A stretch of DNA of 64,000 bases from an uncultured Gammaproteobacteria bacterium. Its GTDB lineage: Bacteria; Pseudomonadota; Gammaproteobacteria; JABCZS01. Every line of letters starts with the position of its first letter. Positions within the stretch are counted from its first letter, which is position 1. The notes under the pieces were generated by a model. The model had not been told where the DNA came from. It made no database searches and saw only the letters and a program-made list of their open reading frames with translations. The position numbers and the translations under genes were made by a program. The stretch is taken from NCBI GenBank assembly GCA_963848305.1, contig CAWKDC010000003.1, positions 64,001-128,000 of the forward strand. The letters are read 5' to 3'. Positions 47,782-57,873 of the stretch are shown here, piece by piece.

Positions 47782-48321
47782 ATGAATATGGTTAAAATGA
47801 CGGCTGCGTTGGTATTGTTGCCGGCGATTGCATTTGCGGATCCTGATCTGGATATGCAAAAACACGCAAAATATTATGAAGCACTCGGCAATATCACTGA
47901 AATGGGTGTCAACGTGAATGATGATGTCGTTGCCTTGGCTGCGTGTGGTGATAATCCTGAATGCTTGTTTGAAGGTATTTCACCAGAAGGATATGGCTGT
48001 TTATTAGATAACCTGGCAAACGTTATCGTATATGCCGGCGAATATGATGCCGCTACTTGGCCGACACCTGTGGATGGTTTACAGATCGCATCTTTTGATA
48101 TCACCAGTGAATTGCCTTTCTCTGCAGGTGATATTGATCCAGAGGATTATTTGGGCAATTATCAAATCACCGTGAATTATTCCAGTGCAAGTGAAAATAT
48201 GTTAGGTGAAATTATCGTGAAACCTGTGAATGCTGATGATGATTTTATGTGGTTCATGGTGAATTTTGCTTATAACGGTGGGTTTTTCGGAAGACAGTTC
48301 CCGAATTGCAGTGAGATGTGA
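47782..48321 (+). CDS. hypothetical exported acidic protein
   Basis: AGGAGA ribosome-binding site, signal peptide ending AFA-D, four Cys. Confidence 0.65.
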   Translation: MNMVKMTAALVLLPAIAFADPDLDMQKHAKYYEALGNITEMGVNVNDDVVALAACGDNPECLFEGISPEGYGCLLDNLANVIVYAGEYDAATWPTPVDGLQIASFDITSELPFSAGDIDPEDYLGNYQITVNYSSASENMLGEIIVKPVNADDDFMWFMVNFAYNGGFFGRQFPNCSEM

Positions 48322-48324
48322 GAT

Positions 48325-48440
48325 TAGCATCTTCGTCCCGGATAAACGCTACGCGTTTTCCGGGATGACGATGCTACAAGAGGAACGCTACGCGTTTTCC
48401 GGGATGACGATGCTACAAGGGGAATGCTACGCGTTTTCCC
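48325..48440. repeat. CGTC-type REP-like hairpin with 39-bp tandem duplication
   Basis: Unit aacgctacgcgttttccgggatgacgatgctacaag(a/g)gg at 48345 and 48384, partial at 48423. Confidence 0.8.
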
Positions 48441-48442
48441 TT

Positions 48443-49102
48443 TTACCATTTAAAATGATACGTTGCCCCAAAGAAGAAATTATACACCGTCGGAGTGGAA
48501 GCATAATAACGCGTTGAGTTCTCACTTTCAAATTTGACTTCACTGTTTTGTTGAACGGTATAGGCCAAGCGTATGCCAATATTGCTGTAGATCATTGTTT
48601 CAATGCCTCCACCATATTGGAACCCGCCTTGATTATTCATTTCTTTCGTGTAAGTTGTGTATCCACTGGTGTTGTTTGCATCCGCAACATCCAAGGTTTG
48701 ATCCATTAAGTTGTAGCCTAAATCAATGTAAATTTTGGTATTGTCAGTGATCTTAAAACCAGGCAAAACGCGAACGCCATACATCAAATTAATGGTGTCT
48801 TTTAAATTAGTGGCTCCTTGAACTTCTAAGCCATTCACAAAATCATAATAAAATTCGAACCCTAAATCAAAGCCTGAGTTGACATTCCAGGTATAACCCA
48901 AGGCAGCTTCACCGCCTAACGCGGTGTGTGTGCCTGAGCTGTGGACCCCATCTTCCGCTGATGTGTCGCTCGGAACATAGTTTTGTTCACTGTTCAGCGT
49001 GCTGCTCAAACCACCGATTGCAATCGTGATTTCATGCGCTTGAGCAGCAAATGCGAAGGAGATAAGCGTGGTGCTGAGTAAGAGGTGTTTGAAGTGTTGC
49101 AT
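48443..49102 (-). CDS. outer-membrane beta-barrel protein (OmpA-like 8-strand)
   Basis: Signal peptide, GGEAALGY, YGVRVLPGF, GFQYGGGIE, terminal YHFKW. Confidence 0.75.
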   Translation of the reverse strand: MQHFKHLLLSTTLISFAFAAQAHEITIAIGGLSSTLNSEQNYVPSDTSAEDGVHSSGTHTALGGEAALGYTWNVNSGFDLGFEFYYDFVNGLEVQGATNLKDTINLMYGVRVLPGFKITDNTKIYIDLGYNLMDQTLDVADANNTSGYTTYTKEMNNQGGFQYGGGIETMIYSNIGIRLAYTVQQNSEVKFESENSTRYYASTPTVYNFFFGATYHFKW

Positions 49103-49138
49103 ATTGAGTTCCTTCTCAAAAAAAGAGTTTGCGGTTGA

Positions 49139-50605
49139 TTATACCCCATTTTTTTCAATCCACACACTGATTTTTTTGATTTCTGATGGATTCAATGTGA
49201 GATATAATTTGGTGCGTCGCCGTAGGAAGTCTTCCGGCTTTTTCACGAATTCATGATCAATCGCATAGCGCAATTCTCGCTCATAGCAGCCGCCGCCGAA
49301 ATATTCACCCAAATCTGTTTTAGATGTTGAACCATCTAATATCATGTTGACCCGCGTGCCATATAAATGTGCAAGGCGAGACAATTCATCAAAGGATAAA
49401 AAAGGAAAACGAGATTGAACGGTTGCAATATATTGAGACAGCGATCCATTCGGCAAATCACCACCAGGCAAAATCGCCTGCTTTGTCCAGGCAGATTTGA
49501 TGTGTGGAAAGAAGGGGGCTAATTTGTTCAGCGCATGTTCTGATAAGGTACGATAAGTTGTGATTTTTCCACCAAAAACGGATAGGATCGGCGCGTCTTG
49601 AATCTGCTCGAGGAGCAATAAATATTCGCGAGTGGTATCTGAAGGATTATGTTTGCCATCATCGACCAGAGGACGTACGCCTGAATAAGCAGCCACAATA
49701 TCCTTCTCGGATAATTTTGTCTCAAAATATTGATTGAAAGCAGTCACTAAATACGATTTTTCGTCATCATCAATATGTGCTTTTCCTGGATCGCCATGAT
49801 ATACCTTATCGGTTGTGCCGATTAAAGTAAAATTTTGTTGAAAGGGAATCACAAAAATCACACGCTTATCTGCTTGCTGAATCAAATAAGCGTGATCGCC
49901 TTCGTAAATCCTGGGCACAATGATATGACTGCCCTTGACCAATTTCGTGCGTATGGATTGGCTTTGAATCCAGGGGCCGGTGGCATTGACGAGGGCTTTT
50001 GAGTGCAATACCTGTGTGCGACCTTCATATTGCACTTCTACTTCCCAAATTCCATTGTCAGCGCCATATCGCTCAACCTTGCATTGCGTGAAAATATCTG
50101 CGCCAAGAGCCTTCGCCGCCATGGCATTTTCAACCACCAAGCGTGCATCATCGACCCAGCAATCCGAGTACATAAATCCGTCTGTGAAAATGTTTTTGAG
50201 CGGCGCTCCCAACGGTGAGTTTTTCAAAACCACTGCGCGACTTTTGGGCAGGGTGACACGCCGTCCAAGGTGATCATACAACCACAAGCCTAAACGAATG
50301 AGCCATTGAGGTCTGATTTGTGGTTGATAGGGAATGATAAAGCTCAGGGGAGAAATGATATGTGGAGCCTTTGCCATGAGCACTTCTCGCTCATTCAGGG
50401 CTTCATCGACCAATTTGAAATCGCCATGCTCCAGATAACGTAGGCCGCCGTGGATCAGCTTGGTACTTTCACTGGAGGTGCCGGAGGCGAGGTCATTTTG
50501 CTCACATAATGCAACTGATAAACCGCGGCCGGCAGCATCTAGCGCAATGCCAGTCCCGTTGATACCGCCGCCAATCACGATGATGTCGTACACGTTATTT
50601 TTCAT
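49139..50605 (-). CDS. glpD: aerobic glycerol-3-phosphate dehydrogenase
   Basis: IGGGING.GIA.DAAGRG, TKLIHGGLRYLE, VDDARLV, GVRPL, GGKITTYR. Confidence 0.96.
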   Translation of the reverse strand: MKNNVYDIIVIGGGINGTGIALDAAGRGLSVALCEQNDLASGTSSESTKLIHGGLRYLEHGDFKLVDEALNEREVLMAKAPHIISPLSFIIPYQPQIRPQWLIRLGLWLYDHLGRRVTLPKSRAVVLKNSPLGAPLKNIFTDGFMYSDCWVDDARLVVENAMAAKALGADIFTQCKVERYGADNGIWEVEVQYEGRTQVLHSKALVNATGPWIQSQSIRTKLVKGSHIIVPRIYEGDHAYLIQQADKRVIFVIPFQQNFTLIGTTDKVYHGDPGKAHIDDDEKSYLVTAFNQYFETKLSEKDIVAAYSGVRPLVDDGKHNPSDTTREYLLLLEQIQDAPILSVFGGKITTYRTLSEHALNKLAPFFPHIKSAWTKQAILPGGDLPNGSLSQYIATVQSRFPFLSFDELSRLAHLYGTRVNMILDGSTSKTDLGEYFGGGCYERELRYAIDHEFVKKPEDFLRRRTKLYLTLNPSEIKKISVWIEKNGV

Positions 50606-50654
50606 CTATAATCCGTGGATAGTCTATTGATACTGATACTAAGGATAGTCCAAG

Positions 50655-52352
50655 ATGGTAAAACAATATACATTAAGCAACATTGACCCCTGCCTGCATC
50701 GCATCGACATGCGATTCGTTTTTGCACCACAGGCGTCGAAAACCATCGTGGGGATGCCCAATTGGATTCCTGGCAGTTACAAAATCCGTGATTTTGCGAA
50801 AAATATCGTGACGATCAGTGCTAGCGCTGATGGCAAACCCATCGATTGTGTGGCCATTGATAAACACCGTTGGTTGATAGACGTTGACGCAAAGAAGATT
50901 GAATTGATCTATTCTGTGTACGCCAAAGATGTGTCCGTGAGGACAGCCTATCTTGATGATCAATTATTTTTCTTCAATTTGAGCAGTTTATGTTTGTATG
51001 TGGAAGGTCAGGAACACGATGTCTGCACAGTCACTCTCAATGTCCCCAAACATAAGGCGCTGAAGGAATGGCGACTTGACACAGCGTTGACGCATCAAAA
51101 AGTGGATTCAAAAGGCTTTGGCACGTATGTTGCGCAAAGTTATGACGAATTAATTGATCACCCCTTTTTAATGGGCTCCCTGGAAACGATTAAATTTAAA
51201 GCACACGGTATTCCACATCGCATGTCCATTGTTGGGGCAAAAGAGGTGGATACTGATCGATTGATGCATGATTTGAAAAAGATTTGTGAAACGCAGATGG
51301 ATTTATTTGGGGGCAGCCCTGTCAAGAAACAATATGTATTTTTAACGTGGGTGGTTGGCCATGGTTATGGAGGGTTAGAACACCGATCATCCTCAGCTTT
51401 AATGACGTCTCGCGAAAATCTACCCTATGAAGGGATGCCTGCAAAATATCAACCTTACGCTGAATTTTTAAGTTTATGCAGCCATGAATATTTTCACACG
51501 TGGCATGTAAAATCCACCAAGCCTGAAGCATTTATGCCCTACGATTTATCCAAGGAAAATTATACGCGCCAATTATGGATTTTCGAGGGTTTCACATCGT
51601 ATTACGAAGATATTTTGTTGGCACGTGCAGGGCTGATCAGCGAATCGCAATACCGTACTATGTTTGCCCAAAAAATCACCAGTGTGGAACGGAACCCTGG
51701 TTATGGGGTGCAGTCCGCAGCCGATTCTAGTCACAGTGCATGGATTAAATTTTACGATCCCAATGAAAATTCACCAAATGTGACGATCAGTTATTATGCG
51801 AAGGGAGCCTTGATCGCATGGGGTTTGGATATTTTATTACGTCGAGGTGGAAAATATTCCCTCGATGATTTGATCAAGTATTTATGGAAAACGTATGGTG
51901 AACAAGGGATAGGTGTCCCAGAAAATGCAGTCGAAAAAATCGTCTTAGAATGGGGTGGGAAAAAATTGGCCAAAGCCTTGCATGAATGGGTGTATGGCGT
52001 TGAGCCACTGCCGTTGGTCGCCTGGGCAAAAGCATCGGGCTGGACGTTAACCCATGTTTCTGACACGCCAGAGTGCCACGTGGATTTGGGTGTTCGTGTA
52101 TCGAATGATGGACGTCAAATCGTCACAGTTTGTTTAGATGGTGGCGCTGCGCAATTGGCGGGCATTTCTGCGGGTGATGAATTATTGGCTTGTCAAGGAT
52201 TAGCCTTGCGTCAACGTCCTTTATCTGATATTTTGCAACGATTTCGTCCTGATGATACCGTGAAAGTTCATGTCTTTCGAGGAGATATATTATTACAGTA
52301 TGACGTTAAATTGCAATCGGCGAAGCCAACCAAAGTGGTCTTATCGTCGTAG
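50655..52352 (+). CDS. M61 family metallopeptidase with C-terminal PDZ
   Basis: WIPGSY, GGLEH, SHEYFHTW, LWIFEGFTSYY, SYYAKG, PDZ. Confidence 0.9.
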   Translation: MVKQYTLSNIDPCLHRIDMRFVFAPQASKTIVGMPNWIPGSYKIRDFAKNIVTISASADGKPIDCVAIDKHRWLIDVDAKKIELIYSVYAKDVSVRTAYLDDQLFFFNLSSLCLYVEGQEHDVCTVTLNVPKHKALKEWRLDTALTHQKVDSKGFGTYVAQSYDELIDHPFLMGSLETIKFKAHGIPHRMSIVGAKEVDTDRLMHDLKKICETQMDLFGGSPVKKQYVFLTWVVGHGYGGLEHRSSSALMTSRENLPYEGMPAKYQPYAEFLSLCSHEYFHTWHVKSTKPEAFMPYDLSKENYTRQLWIFEGFTSYYEDILLARAGLISESQYRTMFAQKITSVERNPGYGVQSAADSSHSAWIKFYDPNENSPNVTISYYAKGALIAWGLDILLRRGGKYSLDDLIKYLWKTYGEQGIGVPENAVEKIVLEWGGKKLAKALHEWVYGVEPLPLVAWAKASGWTLTHVSDTPECHVDLGVRVSNDGRQIVTVCLDGGAAQLAGISAGDELLACQGLALRQRPLSDILQRFRPDDTVKVHVFRGDILLQYDVKLQSAKPTKVVLSS

Positions 52353-52375
52353 AATTTTTTAATAGGAGCTTATTC

Positions 52376-53479
52376 ATGAAAAAAACTGTGATTCAATGTG
52401 CATCGATTTGTTTATTGACCGTGTTAGGATTGTCTCGCACAGAAGCCTGCACTGATTTTCGTCTCACTGCACAAGACGGTAGCGTGTTGATTTCACGTAG
52501 CATGGAATTTGGGACAGACATGCATACGCAATTACGCACATCGACAAAAGGTCGTGCATATCAATTTCAAACAACTGATGGGAAACCGGCCGCACAATGG
52601 GTCGCTCAATATGGATATATTTTTTTAGATGCACTCGATCAAGATGTTGCTGTGGATGGGATGAATGAGGCAGGGCTGTCAATTGAAGGTTTGTATTTGC
52701 CAGGTGAAACACAATATCAAACTGTACCTGTCGGCAGTGAAACGAAGGGTGTTCCTTATTATGCTTTCGGTGATTGGATATTGAGTCAATTTAAAACAGT
52801 GGACGAAGTGCGCGCGGCTTTGGCGAATGTATATGTGTTTGAGCAAAAATTGGCTGGCTTTCAAGACAGGGTTTTTCCATTGCATATTTCCATCTTTGAT
52901 GCCAGTGGTAAGGGAATTGTCGTTGAGTTTGTGAAAGGTCAGCAGAAGGTTTATGACAATGAATTGGGTGTGATGACGAATTCACCCCAATATGATTGGC
53001 AGGTCGTGAATCTGCGCAATTATGTGAATTTGACAGCCTCTAACCCCACACCTGTTGATCAAGGGGGAATGACATTTACGGCGACAGGCCAAGGGGCTGG
53101 GTTAATGGGCTTACCCGGAGATTTCACCCCACCTTCACGCTTTGTCAAAATGGCTAAACTGATGCAGTTCGCTGATAAACCTGCGAATGCACAATCCGCG
53201 TTGAATTTAGCTCAACATATGATGAATAATGTGGATATTCCGCTGGGCACTGTGTCAGGTGTTGATCATGGTCAAACGGTGAAGGATTATACCCAATGGG
53301 TCGTTTTCAAAGACTTATCGAACAAGAAACTTTACTATAGGACTTATGATAATATGACCATTCGAGGGGTATCCATGTCATCATTGGATTTTTCTAAAAA
53401 TGCGCCGCGTCTGAAGATGGCGATTGATGTACCGGAGTTTGAGTTGGATGTCAGTGATTCCTTTAAGTCAATGAAATAG
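52376..53479 (+). CDS. exported choloylglycine hydrolase/penicillin V acylase family Ntn hydrolase
   Basis: Signal peptide then catalytic Cys (CTDF), RSMEF, DGMNEAGL, MTNSP, LPGDFTPPSRF. Confidence 0.9.
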   Translation: MKKTVIQCASICLLTVLGLSRTEACTDFRLTAQDGSVLISRSMEFGTDMHTQLRTSTKGRAYQFQTTDGKPAAQWVAQYGYIFLDALDQDVAVDGMNEAGLSIEGLYLPGETQYQTVPVGSETKGVPYYAFGDWILSQFKTVDEVRAALANVYVFEQKLAGFQDRVFPLHISIFDASGKGIVVEFVKGQQKVYDNELGVMTNSPQYDWQVVNLRNYVNLTASNPTPVDQGGMTFTATGQGAGLMGLPGDFTPPSRFVKMAKLMQFADKPANAQSALNLAQHMMNNVDIPLGTVSGVDHGQTVKDYTQWVVFKDLSNKKLYYRTYDNMTIRGVSMSSLDFSKNAPRLKMAIDVPEFELDVSDSFKSMK

Positions 53480-53513
53480 GGCGGCATTTTAATACTGATG
53501 TAAGAAGTGAACC

Positions 53514-54803
53514 ATGGTATATCGGATTAAACAAGTTATAAATTATTATCGTGTCAATGGCGCGCTAAGAACCATTCAAAAAATATGGTGTACATTAAAC
53601 GCCGTAATGGATTCGACCGTTGTACAGATCAAGCGTACAGTGGAACCAATGTCTGTGGAAGACATTGGTTACGCTCATTTCAAGCAATGTCGACCTTTAT
53701 CTGTTTTTACCATACCGGATAGGAGTGCGAAACGGGTTACCTTGGTGACCGATAGCATTAGCGCAGGGAGTTTTTATGGGGGTGTAGGGACAGCCATTAT
53801 TTTTGCTGCCCTCCTGGCAGAGTCGCGTCAAGCACAGTTGCGCATTGTTACCCGTATGGAGCCGCCACAACCAGACAATGTCGATGATTTATTCAAGGCG
53901 CATCAAATCGTTTTATCAAAAGACATGCAATTTGTGTTCAGCCCTTCATCAAATAATGCTGACAGCATAGATATTCTCGAGGATGAATTATTTGTGACCA
54001 CTTCGTGGTGGACAACACAGGCTACATTGGGTGCTATTCGCGAAGATCGTATCATTTATATTTTGCAGGAAGATGAGCGAATGTTTTACGGTCGTGGTGA
54101 TGCTTATTATCGATGTGAGCAAGTATTATCTCATCAAAAAATCCGTTTTCTGGTGAATTGTAGTTTGTTATATGAACATTTGATTAGCAGTGGTTTGGCA
54201 AACATCGCTGAGAGAGGCATTTGCTTTGAGCCTGCTTTTCATCGAGATGTGTTTAGACAAAAAAGGGAAGTATCCAACGATAAATTTAAGATGATGTTTT
54301 ATGCGCGCCGTTTTAATGATCGTAATCTTTATTATTTCGGGATTGAGCTCATTGAGCTTGCCATTGCTAGGGGTGTGATTGATTTGAATCGATGGGACAT
54401 TCTATTTTTTGGAAAAGATATTCCATTCATGCATTTTTCAAATGGTTATACACCGCAATGTTTTGAAAATCTGAAGTGGACTGAATATGGCGAACTGATC
54501 AGCACGGTTGATCTGGGTTTTTCATTGATGTATACGCCACATCCTAGCTACATTCCATTTGATTTAGCGACGGCAGGGGCTGTGGCGGTGACCAATCGAT
54601 TTGGTATAAAGCAAGATTTATCGCATTATTCCAAGAATATTTTATGTGGCGATTTAAACCATGAGTCCATGCTGAGCACGCTGGCTGCAGGGATTCAATT
54701 GGCCATGAACCAGCCGATCCGAACACAAAATCATCAAGATAATCGGATTGGCAAGGATTGGCGCGCTGCCTTTTCAGACGCGCTTCATTCATTTTCACAG
54801 TAG
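53514..54803 (+). CDS. WsaF-like glycosyl(rhamnosyl)transferase
   Basis: FYGGVGTA, TTSWWT, YILQEDE.MFY, FYAR, SLMYTPHPSY.PFD.A. Confidence 0.75.
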   Translation: MVYRIKQVINYYRVNGALRTIQKIWCTLNAVMDSTVVQIKRTVEPMSVEDIGYAHFKQCRPLSVFTIPDRSAKRVTLVTDSISAGSFYGGVGTAIIFAALLAESRQAQLRIVTRMEPPQPDNVDDLFKAHQIVLSKDMQFVFSPSSNNADSIDILEDELFVTTSWWTTQATLGAIREDRIIYILQEDERMFYGRGDAYYRCEQVLSHQKIRFLVNCSLLYEHLISSGLANIAERGICFEPAFHRDVFRQKREVSNDKFKMMFYARRFNDRNLYYFGIELIELAIARGVIDLNRWDILFFGKDIPFMHFSNGYTPQCFENLKWTEYGELISTVDLGFSLMYTPHPSYIPFDLATAGAVAVTNRFGIKQDLSHYSKNILCGDLNHESMLSTLAAGIQLAMNQPIRTQNHQDNRIGKDWRAAFSDALHSFSQ

Positions 54804-55729
54804 GGTATTTAAATGTTTATACTTGAGAAGGTACCTGCTGTTCCTTATGCTGCCCCGTGGGATCTGCCATACCAAGAACGGCTGAACATGTTAAGAAGGG
54901 GAAGCAAGCGTGTTGCATATTTCGTTGAATCAGCCAATTGCAGTACATTTCGTTACCGTGTATACAATATGGTTCAAGTACTCAATGATCAACCAGAAGA
55001 GGTGTCGGCTTCTTATTTCTTTTTGAGCGATATGCATCATGTGAATGACATTGCCAATTGTGCTGATATGTTAGTGATTTGTCGTGCCCGTTATGACCAC
55101 CATATTTATCATCTTATTCATGCCTTTAAAAGGAGAAATAAAAAAGTATTGTTTGATGTGGATGATTTGGTATTTAATACCGATTATGCGCATTTGGCAT
55201 GCAAAACGACGGATTATTTGATGGGAACAGGACAAGAATGGGACTATTGGTTTGCCTATATGTCACGCATGGGTGCAACGCTGCGTCTTTGCGATGGGGG
55301 AATTGCCACCAATGCATTTTTGGCAGATCACATGCATGCATTTTCTGGATTACCTATGAATGCTGTGCCTAATTTCCTCAACCGAGAGCAACTGGACATT
55401 TCTAATACAATTTTTGAGTTGAGGCAGACGATTTCATGCAAACAGGATGACAACATTTCCATAGGGTATTTCAGCGGAAGCCCTTCACATGTTCACGATT
55501 TTGCCATTGCATTACCTGCGATCGAATCATTGTTAACAGAAATGCCGAATTTAAGTTTAGCATTAACGGGCTACATAGATGCGAATGTGTTACGTTCACG
55601 CTTTGGACGATCTCGTATCCATTACTTTCAATTCTCTGATTTCATCAATTTGCAACGCTTAATTGGATCTGTCGATTTCAATCTTGTGCCTTTGCAACAT
55701 AATGCTTTTACCCAATGTAAATCAGAGTT

Positions 55730-57605
55730 CAGCAGTTCCCGCCAAGTAAAAAACGCTTGATAAATAGGTAATTTTTAAATTTCATTTCGTAAACTTTTTG
55801 GATAATATAGTGTTTCTAACATGAGCACATACCAAGGAAGGTTAGTTAATGAAATTACCAAAAAAATATTTATCGGCGAATGGGCTGCTCGGCATAATTC
55901 GCAATCAATTTGCGAAAATTGATCTGCCTCATGCACGTGTTGAACGAGGCACGCCTATTACATTAGTTGATTGTCTAATGTCCGGTTTAGCAGTTTTTTC
56001 TTTAAAATATCCTTCGTTATTGAAATTTGATGAAAGCTTAAGTGAAAAAATAACTCGACATAATTTACGTACATTATTTGGAGTGGAACAAGCGCCCTGT
56101 GACACCTATATGCGAGAGCGCTGTGATGAGGTAGAGCCTAATGCAGTTAGGCAAGCATTTAAGCGGGTATTTGCATGTGTGCAACGTGGGAAAGCGCTGG
56201 AAGAATTTGAATATTTACTGAAAGGACATTATTTGTTAGCTGGGGATGGGACTGGTTTTTTTTCATCGCCTAGCGTGCATTGTGAAAACTGTTGCAGCAA
56301 ACACTATGGTCAATGTCACGTCATCATTCGATCAAAGCGCCCTAAAACTGCCAAAAAAAATACTTATGTGTTGATTAAGCCTATTGATTCTCCATGGGGG
56401 GATGAATGGACGCTATATTTTGTAGATGGGAAGAAACAGTGGCTGATGATTGATCTGAACGCGCTGCCTGAATTAAACGCACTGTTAAAAGGTAGAACAA
56501 AACGAGATTTACTCGAGACAGAGCATGTGCTTATCCATGAGATGCTGACGGAGCACTATCGGCTGCCACAGCCTGATGAGCAGGTTCATTATTATCACAA
56601 TATGTTTTGTGCGGCTATTGTACATCCTGACAAAAAAATAGTGTTACCACTTGCCCCTGAAGCGATTGCAAAGACAGATGGATGCACAAAGAATGATTGT
56701 GAACGAAATGCAGCTAAGCGCTTATATTCTGATGCCAGACGCGAGCACCCACATTTAAAATTTATTGTTGTTGAAGACGCGCTGGCTTCTAATGTGCCTC
56801 ATTTGCGAGATTTAAATGCCTTAGATATGCGTTATATTGTGGGTGTTAAGCCAGGTGATCATGAATTTTTATTTGAATGGCTTGAAGGTGCTGACTGCAC
56901 GGAATACTGTCAGAGCACGACAGATGGAAAAACACACCGTTATCGCTATAGAAATCAGGCGCCGCTTAATAGAAGCCACCCTGATTTTAAGGTTAATTTT
57001 TTGGAATATTGGGAGACAGATAAGAAAGGGAAAGTGCAACATTTTAGCTGGGTTACCGATATTCAAATTACGCAAGAGAATTTATATGACATCATGAGAG
57101 GAGGACGTTCAAACTGGAAAATAGAAAATAATGCATTTAATACGCTCAAAAATCAAAATTATCATTTTTCACACAATTTTGGCCATGGATATAAAAATCT
57201 TTGCACGATTTTTGGCATGCTTATGTTGTTGGCTTTTTTTGTAGATCAAGTTCAAGAATTAAGCTGTCATCTTTTTAAGCAAGCTCGAGAAAGATATCGG
57301 TCTCGAACGTCGCTATGGGAAAGAATGCGCGCATTTTTTATGTGTTACTTTATTGAAAGTTGGCATGATTTATTTACGGCTATATCCAGTGGCGGAGAAT
57401 ATGGGGCGCAGCTCATTATTGATAGTTAAGCTGTTGGATCAACGTGCGTAAGTAGTGTCGAATGATTTTTTGATTTTTGAGCCAGAAAAAATAACTTTAA
57501 TAATCTTATCTAAATTCTATTAGAAGCTTTTGCTCGCCCTAAATTCCTAAACACCGATCATGAGAATGAGTTTGGATAATAGCATTTGCTTGGCGGGAAC
57601 TGCTG
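55730..57605 (+). mobile_element. insertion sequence, 1876 bp (ISNCY-like DDE element)
   Basis: Perfect 17-bp TIR CAGCAGTTCCCGCCAAG at both ends; 9-bp TSD ATCAGAGTT at 55721-55729 and 57606-57614. Confidence 0.95.
55849..57429 (+). CDS. DDE transposase
   Basis: DGTGFFSS (D), VEDAL (D), NWKIENNAFNTLKNQ (E), KNDCERNAAKR, HNFGHG. Confidence 0.92.
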   Translation: MKLPKKYLSANGLLGIIRNQFAKIDLPHARVERGTPITLVDCLMSGLAVFSLKYPSLLKFDESLSEKITRHNLRTLFGVEQAPCDTYMRERCDEVEPNAVRQAFKRVFACVQRGKALEEFEYLLKGHYLLAGDGTGFFSSPSVHCENCCSKHYGQCHVIIRSKRPKTAKKNTYVLIKPIDSPWGDEWTLYFVDGKKQWLMIDLNALPELNALLKGRTKRDLLETEHVLIHEMLTEHYRLPQPDEQVHYYHNMFCAAIVHPDKKIVLPLAPEAIAKTDGCTKNDCERNAAKRLYSDARREHPHLKFIVVEDALASNVPHLRDLNALDMRYIVGVKPGDHEFLFEWLEGADCTEYCQSTTDGKTHRYRYRNQAPLNRSHPDFKVNFLEYWETDKKGKVQHFSWVTDIQITQENLYDIMRGGRSNWKIENNAFNTLKNQNYHFSHNFGHGYKNLCTIFGMLMLLAFFVDQVQELSCHLFKQARERYRSRTSLWERMRAFFMCYFIESWHDLFTAISSGGEYGAQLIIDS

Positions 57606-57873
57606 ATCAGAGTTAAAATATTTTGAGGCGGCAGTGGTGGGGACAGTAACGATTGCATCGCCGTCATTCACATACCAGCAATGCATTCGTGATGGAGATA
57701 ACGGTTATTTGTCGCAAGCACATCAATGGAAAACAGTTCTGAAGAAGGCTATGAATGAGTGGCATAGTGATAGCGATATGGCTCGCCGTGCTCGTCAGGA
57801 TGCAATTGATAGATATGCATGGTTTAATCAACGCTCAGTCATTTTGACTGCGCTTGCTCTATAAGGTAGATAT

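Larger units (their letters stand above)
54813..57864 (+). pseudogene. glycosyltransferase interrupted by an IS (5' part 54813-55729, 3' part 57615-57864)
   Basis: Removing the IS and one TSD restores ...FTQCKSELKYFEAAVVGTVTIASP...; also STFRYRVYN, FDVDDLVF, GYFSGSPSH. Confidence 0.9.

Noticed and set aside
48345-48440. Possible mini-CRISPR (39-bp period)
   Set aside because: It is a pure tandem repeat with no variable spacers.
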